From contig CAWATP010000007.1 in the NCBI GenBank assembly GCA_963784905.1, positions 14,797 to 78,796 on the forward strand: DNA of 64,000 nt. The letters run 5' to 3'. A program made the position numbers and the translations under genes. Numbering within the stretch: the stretch's first letter is position 1; each line of letters begins with the position of its first letter. Below the pieces are notes generated by a model, which ran no database searches, was not told the origin of the DNA, and worked only from the letters and a program-made list of their open reading frames with translations. This stretch comes from an uncultured Actinomycetota bacterium (GTDB lineage: Bacteria; Actinomycetota; Actinomycetes; S36-B12; UBA5976). This document shows positions 58,002 to 64,000 of the stretch, one piece after another.

Positions 58002-59087
58002 ATGCAGATCGTTGTTCACGTCACCGGCGCGCGCCCGAACTTCCCCAAGGTTGGGCCGGTCATGAAAGCATTGGCCGTTCTGGGTGTTGAGCAGCGCTTG
58101 ATCCACACGGGTCAGCACTACGACGATCGCATGTCCGAGATCTTCTTCCGCCAGCTCGACCTGCCGCGACCTGACGTGAACCTGGGCGTTGGCTCGGGCT
58201 CGCATGCGGTGCAGACGGCCGCCATCATGGTCGCCCTTGAGGAGCAGTTCCTCGCTATCAAACCGGCGCTCGTCATGGTGTACGGCGACATCAACTCGAC
58301 GGTCGCCGCGGCCCTCGTGGCATCGAAATTGCAGATTCCCATGGCACATGTGGAAGCAGGTCTGCGATCCTTCGACATGACGATGCCCGAGGAGATCAAT
58401 CGGCGCATTACGGACCAGCTGTGCGACCTCTTGTTCGTCACCAGCCCTGAGGCCATCGACCACTTGGCCAACGAGGGAATGGCGGCTGCGAGTATCCACT
58501 TTGTCGGCAACCCCATGATCGACACGTTGCTCAGCAGCCTCGACAAGCTCGATCCCGCAGGTGTGAAAGCGGAGTTCAGTTTACCCGAGCGCTATGCCGT
58601 CGCTACCTTGCACCGCCCCGCCAATGTTGATTCGCCGGCCGCGGTACGAGCACTCGTCGACGCCTTGCACGGTGTGGCCGATCAGTTGCCGATCTACATT
58701 CCGCTGCACCCGCGAGGCCGCGCCAATCTGGTTGGTGCGGGTATTGAGCAGCACCCGGGCATCCATCTCATGGACCCGCTGGGTTACCTTGAGTTCATCG
58801 CGATGGTGCGAGGTTCGGCATTGGTACTCACCGACTCCGGTGGCGTGCAGGAGGAAACCACGATCCTCAACGTGCCGTGCCTCACGATGCGGCCCAATAC
58901 TGAGCGCCCCATCACCATCACCCACGGCACCAACCGTTTAGTGCGTATCGACGAGGTCGTTGAGGCCGCCCGGGTGGCGCTGGCCCCCGACCCCGATGCC
59001 GAACACCTCACGCCTCCGCTGTGGGACGGTCACGCCGGCGAGCGCATCGCCGCCATTGTGGTGGACTGGCTGGCCGCTCGCGCCTGA
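58002..59087 (+). CDS. wecB: UDP-N-acetylglucosamine 2-epimerase (non-hydrolysing)
   Basis: TGARPNFPK, HTGQHYD, VYGDINST, HVEAGLRSFD and DSGGVQEE motifs. Confidence 0.85.
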   Translation: MQIVVHVTGARPNFPKVGPVMKALAVLGVEQRLIHTGQHYDDRMSEIFFRQLDLPRPDVNLGVGSGSHAVQTAAIMVALEEQFLAIKPALVMVYGDINSTVAAALVASKLQIPMAHVEAGLRSFDMTMPEEINRRITDQLCDLLFVTSPEAIDHLANEGMAAASIHFVGNPMIDTLLSSLDKLDPAGVKAEFSLPERYAVATLHRPANVDSPAAVRALVDALHGVADQLPIYIPLHPRGRANLVGAGIEQHPGIHLMDPLGYLEFIAMVRGSALVLTDSGGVQEETTILNVPCLTMRPNTERPITITHGTNRLVRIDEVVEAARVALAPDPDAEHLTPPLWDGHAGERIAAIVVDWLAARA

Positions 59088-59179
59088 TCGCACGTCTGAC
59101 CATGCCGCCAGCAGGTCGTCGGCGGGTGGGAACGGTCCTGAACGACTACCCTTGGCTCGGTTTAGACGTTGGAGGGGTC

Positions 59180-60466
59180 GTGTCAGTCGATCTAGTCGTC
59201 GTAGGTCTTGGTTACGTCGGTCTGCCGCTTGCGCAAGCAGCGTGCGGGGCTGGCCTGAGCGTTCGTGGTCTCGACCTCAACAAAGACATCGTGAACGGTC
59301 TCAATGCCGGGACGTCGCATGTCGACGATCTCTCCGAGGCGGATGTGTCCGCGATGTTGGCTGCGGGCTTCTCCGCCACGTGGGATGACGCCGTGCTTGC
59401 CGAGGGCGACACCATCGTCATCTGCGTGCCGACGCCGCTGAGCCCCGAGGGTGGGCCCGATTTGGGCGCTGTCCTTGGTGCGACGCGTGCCATCGCCAAG
59501 CATCTGCACAAGGGTCAGCTCGTCATCCTCGAATCAACGACCTACCCAGGCACCACTGACGAAGATGTGCGCCCGATACTCGAGGCAGCCGGCCTCATCG
59601 CAGGCGTCGACTTCAACCTCGCTTTCTCGCCTGAGCGCATCGACCCGGGCAACCCCGTCTATGGCATGACGAACACACCGAAGGTTGTCGGCGGCCACAC
59701 TGCCGAATGCACCGAGCGTGCCGCCGCGTTCTACGGACGCTTCGTGACGACTGTCGTGAAGGCCCGCGGCACGCGTGAGGCCGAGATGGCCAAACTCATC
59801 GAGAACACGTACCGTCACATCAACATCGCGCTCGTCAATGAGATGGCGCAGTTCTGCAAGCCGCTCGGCATTGATGTGTGGGACGCACTCAATGCAGCAG
59901 CGTCGAAGCCCTTTGGTTTCCAAGCCTTTTACCCCGGTCCGGGCGTTGGCGGTCACTGCATTCCGATCGATCCCAACTACCTGTCGCATCGCGTCAAGAC
60001 GCTGCTGGGTCAGCCGTTCCGCTTTGTTGAACTGGCGCAGGAGATCAATGCCGGTATGCCCGGTTACGTGAAGCGTCGCATCCAGGATCTGCTCAACGAT
60101 CAGGGCAAAAGCCTCAAGGGTTCGACCGTGCTACTGCTTGGCGTCACCTACAAGCCTGACATTGCCGATCAGCGTGAAAGCCCCGTGCGTCCATTGGCGC
60201 GAGACTTGCTGGCTACCGGCGCGAACGTCGTGTTCCACGATCCATACGTGCCGGACTGGAACATCGACAATGAGCACGGGCATCCGGCCGCAACCGATCG
60301 CGTACTGCATTCGCAAGGCGATGTGCTTGAGGCTGCCGCGGCCGCAGATGTCGTTGTGCTCCTCATGCCACACAAGGGCTACGACCTCGACGCTATCGCC
60401 GCTGTGTCCAAGCAGTTGCTCGACACCCGTGGAAAGCTGCACGGCGCCAACGTCGAACGTCTGTAA
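59180..60466 (+). CDS. Nucleotide-sugar dehydrogenase (UDP-ManNAc / UDP-GlcNAc 6-dehydrogenase class)
   Basis: VVGLGYVGLPLA, ESTTYPGTT, FSPERIDPGN and GGHCIPIDP motifs. GTG 59180 follows a GGAGGG RBS and is preferred over the track start 59021, which overlaps wecB. Confidence 0.8.
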   Translation: MSVDLVVVGLGYVGLPLAQAACGAGLSVRGLDLNKDIVNGLNAGTSHVDDLSEADVSAMLAAGFSATWDDAVLAEGDTIVICVPTPLSPEGGPDLGAVLGATRAIAKHLHKGQLVILESTTYPGTTDEDVRPILEAAGLIAGVDFNLAFSPERIDPGNPVYGMTNTPKVVGGHTAECTERAAAFYGRFVTTVVKARGTREAEMAKLIENTYRHINIALVNEMAQFCKPLGIDVWDALNAAASKPFGFQAFYPGPGVGGHCIPIDPNYLSHRVKTLLGQPFRFVELAQEINAGMPGYVKRRIQDLLNDQGKSLKGSTVLLLGVTYKPDIADQRESPVRPLARDLLATGANVVFHDPYVPDWNIDNEHGHPAATDRVLHSQGDVLEAAAAADVVVLLMPHKGYDLDAIAAVSKQLLDTRGKLHGANVERL

Positions 60467-61332
60467 TGGATCCCAGACTCACGCACGACGAGGCCGTGGC
60501 GCTTGCAGCGCAGCACGGCCTGCGTCGCGTTGATCAGGCAGCGAGCTTCGGCGCCTATCTGCGTCAGGCGTGGAAACTTCGCCATTTCACTTGGAACTAT
60601 GCCGTTTCGCGCACCATCCTCGAGACCATCAACAATCGGTTGGGCATGCTTTGGCAGGTCTTGAACCCGCTGCTGCTCTCTGGTGTGTACTACCTGGCGT
60701 TCGGTCTCCTGCTGGGCACGAAGAAGGATTCCCCGGACTTCCTCTTGTTCCTCGTTGGCGGCGTATTCACGTGGCAGTTGTTCGCTACAACCATTCAAAG
60801 TGGGTCGCTCGTTCTCGCGCAAACGAAGGAACTGACGGAATCGCTGTTGTTCCCGCGCATTCTGCTCCCTATCGCAGTTGCCATACAGGAAATGTTCGGC
60901 GCCCTTGCTGCTGCGGTCGTGCTCTATCCGATCGCATTGATCTATGGGTTAACCCCGCGGTGGGAGTGGCTACTGCTGCCGTTCTCGTTCATTCTGACGG
61001 CGTTGCTCGGCCTTGGAATATCGTTCTTCACCTCCCGTTGGGTCGACAGGGTTTTCGACTTGCGTCAGTTCATTCCACTGATTCTGCGCGTGGGGATGTT
61101 CCTCTCTGGCGTGTTCTATGACGTCAGTGCGCGCTTCGCCAAGGCCGGCCACACCATTCAAACCATCGCCAACTACAACCCGGCGGCAATCCTGCTCAAG
61201 CTCACGCGGTCGGTGTTCTTGCCCTATGAGTTGCCCAGTGCGTCGCAATTGATCTGGATCGGTTCACTCACGGTCACGCTGTTCTTCGGAGGATTCCTCG
61301 TGTTCTGGCGAGGGGAGCGGCGCAATGGCTGA
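60466..61332 (+). CDS. ABC-2 type polysaccharide/teichoic-acid export permease (TagG/Wzm-like)
   Basis: Six-TM ABC-2 pattern. TAATG overlap upstream and 8-nt overlap with the ATPase gene. Confidence 0.8.
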   Translation: MDPRLTHDEAVALAAQHGLRRVDQAASFGAYLRQAWKLRHFTWNYAVSRTILETINNRLGMLWQVLNPLLLSGVYYLAFGLLLGTKKDSPDFLLFLVGGVFTWQLFATTIQSGSLVLAQTKELTESLLFPRILLPIAVAIQEMFGALAAAVVLYPIALIYGLTPRWEWLLLPFSFILTALLGLGISFFTSRWVDRVFDLRQFIPLILRVGMFLSGVFYDVSARFAKAGHTIQTIANYNPAAILLKLTRSVFLPYELPSASQLIWIGSLTVTLFFGGFLVFWRGERRNG

Positions 61333-62068
61333 GCCGGTCTTGATCGCCGATCACGTGTCCATCGATTACAAAGTACTCGCGCAACGTCACGGTGCGCCGG
61401 GCGTGAAGCGAATTGTGGCGCAGGTGATGGGACGCAAGCAGACGATTCACGCGGTAAAGGACGTGTCGTTTGTCGTCATGCGTGGCGAATCTGTTGGTCT
61501 GGTTGGCAGCAACGGCTCCGGAAAGTCCAGCCTCATCCGGGTGCTCTCCGGTTTGCAGCGACCCACTTCGGGCGCCGTCTATGCCACATCGACGCCGGGC
61601 ATGCTTGCCGTGTCAGGTGTGCTCATGGCTGCGCTGTCGGGCGCGCGCAATATCCGCCTGGGTTTGCTGGCCTTGGGGCTCTCTCCTGATGAGGTTACGC
61701 AGCTGTACCCGCAAGTGGTAGAAACCACGGGTCTCAAGGACGCGATCCACCTGCCGGTGAAGACCTATTCGAGTGGCATGAAGGCGCGACTCAAGTTTGG
61801 CGTTGCTACTGCCCGCACACCGGAGATCTTGCTGGTTGACGAAGCTCTTGGCACAGGCGATTCGCGTTTCCGAGCAAATGCGCAGGCCCGGCTTGAAGAG
61901 ATCAAGCAATCCGCTGGGGCGGTGATTGTGGTGAACCACAATGCCGCAACCATTGCGAGCACCACGCACCGCTGCATTTGGCTCGAACGCGGCGTGATCC
62001 GCATGGATGGCGCTACAGCCGAAGTGCTGCCGTTGTACGAGGAGTACCTCGCAAGTCGGAAGAAGTAA
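61325..62068 (+). CDS. Polysaccharide/teichoic-acid export ABC ATP-binding protein (TagH/Wzt-like)
   Basis: Walker A GSNGSGKSS, signature YSSGMKARL and Walker B ILLVDEAL. Confidence 0.85.
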   Translation: MAEPVLIADHVSIDYKVLAQRHGAPGVKRIVAQVMGRKQTIHAVKDVSFVVMRGESVGLVGSNGSGKSSLIRVLSGLQRPTSGAVYATSTPGMLAVSGVLMAALSGARNIRLGLLALGLSPDEVTQLYPQVVETTGLKDAIHLPVKTYSSGMKARLKFGVATARTPEILLVDEALGTGDSRFRANAQARLEEIKQSAGAVIVVNHNAATIASTTHRCIWLERGVIRMDGATAEVLPLYEEYLASRKK

Positions 62069-62080
62069 CTCAGCCCTTCT

Positions 62081-62150
62081 CCTGCGCTTCACGGTCGAAA
62101 CTGTTCGAAAATGGCGCGCGAGCGCGCATTTTCGACAGTGAAGTGCAGAG
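62081..62150. repeat. REP/MITE-like palindromic element, copy 4 (reverse complement of copy 1)
   Basis: About 67 of 71 positions match the reverse complement of copy 1. It begins 13 nt after the ABC ATPase stop. Confidence 0.85.
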
Positions 62151-62195
62151 GGATCCTGTGCGCCTCACGTACGCTTCAGGAAAGGGAGGGTCGTT

Positions 62196-63272
62196 ATGCG
62201 TGTGCTCGTCTGCACCGTGGTGCACCACCCCACCGATGCCCGCATTTTCCGACGCGAGATCGGCGCACTGCTCGCCGCTGACATCGATGTCGATGCAATT
62301 GCGCCTTGGCCCGCTTCAGATTTCAGCGATCCGCACTATCGGCGCTTTGCGATACCTCGCGCGGTTGGTCGTCGTCGGTTTGGCGCGTTGCGCGCTGCGC
62401 GAGCGCGGGTGAAGGCGCTTGCTGTCGAGGCACAGCTGCTCGTTATCCACGATCCTGAGCTGCTGTTGGTGCTTCCATGGCGTGAACTGCGTCGCCTCAA
62501 GGTGCGGGTGGTGTGGGACGTCCATGAAGATCTTGCTGCTGCTCTGGAGAACAAGTCGTACCTGCCGCTCTTCGCGCGACGGATCCCGGTGCCGCTCGTG
62601 CACTGGGTTGAGCGTTGGGCCGAGCAGCGTGCCACCTTGCTACTGGCGGAATCTGCGTACCAGCAACGCTTTTCTCGGCCACACATGGTCGTGCACAACT
62701 TCCCGCTGGTGCCAGAAAGGCTGCCGGCGGGGGAGCGCAAGCGTCAGGCCATCTACGTCGGTTCGATCACGCAGGCCCGAGGTCTCAACGAGATGCTCGC
62801 ACTGGCGCCAGCGCTTGCTGATCACGGCATCGTGTTGCGACTTATCGGCGAAGCGCCGAATCACGCCGATCGCGACCAAATCCAAGGAACGCCCAACGTG
62901 GTCTGGAATGGCGCGGTCCCCAACGCCGAGGCGTTGCGTGAAGTTGAACATTCGATGGTGGGCTTGGCACTCCTGCATGACCTGCCGAACTACCGCCACT
63001 CCATGCCCACCAAGATTCTGGAGTACATGGCGAGTGGCACGGCGGTCGTGGCAACGCCGCTGCCCTTGTCGAAGCAAGTGATCGGTAGCGATGGAGTCGT
63101 GCTCGAATCCTTCGAAGGAGTTGCGGAGGCGGCTGGCGCTGCGATCGTGCAATTGTGCGATGACGAATCGAAGCGGCAGCGGATGACGTCGGCAGCCTTC
63201 ATCAGAGTCGCGGCCGACTACAACTGGAACGTGGCGCAAGCCGACTTCGTCGAAGCCATTCGCACCCCCTGA
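62196..63272 (+). CDS. Glycosyltransferase, GT4/GT-B fold
   Basis: 358 aa with a C-terminal E-x7-E-like region PTKILEYMASGTAVVATPL. Confidence 0.7.
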   Translation: MRVLVCTVVHHPTDARIFRREIGALLAADIDVDAIAPWPASDFSDPHYRRFAIPRAVGRRRFGALRAARARVKALAVEAQLLVIHDPELLLVLPWRELRRLKVRVVWDVHEDLAAALENKSYLPLFARRIPVPLVHWVERWAEQRATLLLAESAYQQRFSRPHMVVHNFPLVPERLPAGERKRQAIYVGSITQARGLNEMLALAPALADHGIVLRLIGEAPNHADRDQIQGTPNVVWNGAVPNAEALREVEHSMVGLALLHDLPNYRHSMPTKILEYMASGTAVVATPLPLSKQVIGSDGVVLESFEGVAEAAGAAIVQLCDDESKRQRMTSAAFIRVAADYNWNVAQADFVEAIRTP

Positions 63273-63283
63273 CGTCGCCCACC

Positions 63284-63350
63284 CCCTGCGCTTCACGGTC
63301 GAAAACGTTCGATCCTGCGCTTCACAGCTAACAGATTCGACAGTGAAGTC
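63284..63350. repeat. REP/MITE-like palindromic element, copy 5 (duplicated left arm)
   Basis: The left arm ccctgcgcttcacggtcgaaaacgttcga is followed by a second cctgcgcttcac (63314-63325), then the right arm ttcgacagtgaag. The element abuts the stop of the convergent gene. Confidence 0.8.
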
Positions 63351-64000
63351 AAGATGTATTGAATGCCGTGTCTCGCAACGCGCGTTTCAGCCAAATGGTG
63401 GCAGGGCGATCACCTTCGAACATGTCCTGATACGTCCAGCGGATGACGTTCCAGTTGGCTCGGCGCAAGTCGTCTTCACGCCGCTTTTCATCGAACAGGG
63501 ACCGACTTCCCTCGTCATACTTGAGTCCACCATCCACCTCAAGAATGACGCGCTTCGCACGCCAGAGCATGTCGACGCGGTAACGCTTGCCCGATTCGCC
63601 TCGAAGTTCCGCCTGTAACTCCGGAGCTGCAATTCCATCCAGATGTATGAGCCCCCGCGCCATGGATTCCAGACCCGACTCCGACATAGGACTCGCCAAT
63701 GCGAGTGCGGGTTTGAAGACCGCGGATCCTGGCCAGCCCTTCATATAGACGGCCAACTCCACCAGCGCGCCGCGGGGCACTCCTCGACTGAGGGCGTGAT
63801 CAAGCGGCACGAGTGCGCGTTCTAGCCGACAGGCTCGGGCTAAATCCATGGCGGTTCTGGCGACAGTTGTGATGCGGAGCCCGTCGACGGTAGTTACGTG
63901 CTGATCCTCATACCTTGCGGGCAGCACAGCGAGCCGGTGGCGATGGGTGGGCGATGCCAGATCAGGATCACGCAGTATCCACACTCGATCGTCATCATGC
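63349..64000 (-). CDS. DUF559 / endonuclease-like domain protein (AbiEi-N-terminal type?), 5' end outside window
   Basis: C-terminal RYRVDMLWRAKRVILEVDGGLKYD..EKRREDDLRRANWNVIRW is typical of DUF559. The frame stays open upstream of GTG 63984 to the window edge. Confidence 0.6.
   Translation of the reverse strand, partial: HDDDRVWILRDPDLASPTHRHRLAVLPARYEDQHVTTVDGLRITTVARTAMDLARACRLERALVPLDHALSRGVPRGALVELAVYMKGWPGSAVFKPALALASPMSESGLESMARGLIHLDGIAAPELQAELRGESGKRYRVDMLWRAKRVILEVDGGLKYDEGSRSLFDEKRREDDLRRANWNVIRWTYQDMFEGDRPATIWLKRALRDTAFNTS

Noticed and set aside
37036-63350. Whether the five shared palindromic repeats could be a CRISPR array.
   Set aside because: The copies are 1 to 14 kb apart with ordinary genes between them, occur in both orientations, are about 70 bp long with internal hairpins, and no cas genes are present. 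That pattern is REP/MITE-like, not CRISPR.

Overview
High-GC (about 60-65%) actinobacterial chromosome segment, probably order Micrococcales, read by eye only. It is densely coding, with many 4- and 8-nt stop/start overlaps. The backbone is conserved core genes: tal, galK-galT with a DeoR regulator, kynureninase, a GH36 alpha-galactosidase, a complete livJHMGF-type branched-chain amino-acid ABC operon, a PAC2 protein, glnR, sua5, a Fur-family regulator, ygfZ, gpmA, a YbjN-like gene, mshA, senX3-regX3, carD-ispD-ispF, cysS-rlmB, and a wall-glycopolymer cluster (wecB, NDP-sugar dehydrogenase, ABC-2 exporter, GT4). The accessory-looking part runs from about 23.3 to 34.5 kb. It holds tRNA-Lys(UUU), a small toxin/RHH-antitoxin pair beside a decayed NmrA-like gene, and a metal-handling island. 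The island contains a Tat-exported multicopper oxidase, a Met-rich BNR-propeller lipoprotein, a Met-rich anchored peptide with a NapH/CcoG-like polyferredoxin, arsR-ACR3-arsC, and a divergent COG0701 permease with a thioredoxin-like protein. The findings I rank highest are four. (1) An ORF absent from the supplied ORF track: 53 aa with 12 Cys, a strong SD, sitting directly upstream of the COG0701 permease. (2) A family of about 70-bp palindromic REP/MITE-like elements, at least 5 copies, all just 3' of stop codons and all in the last 27 kb. (3) The copper cluster, in which three adjacent extracytoplasmic proteins carry Met-rich tracts. (4) A perfect 42-bp direct repeat with 74-bp period that duplicates the regX3 stop region. 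Three c-di-GMP turnover proteins are also present. I saw no CRISPR array, rRNA, transposase or integrase. All functional calls rest on motifs recognised by eye and need a homology search to confirm.
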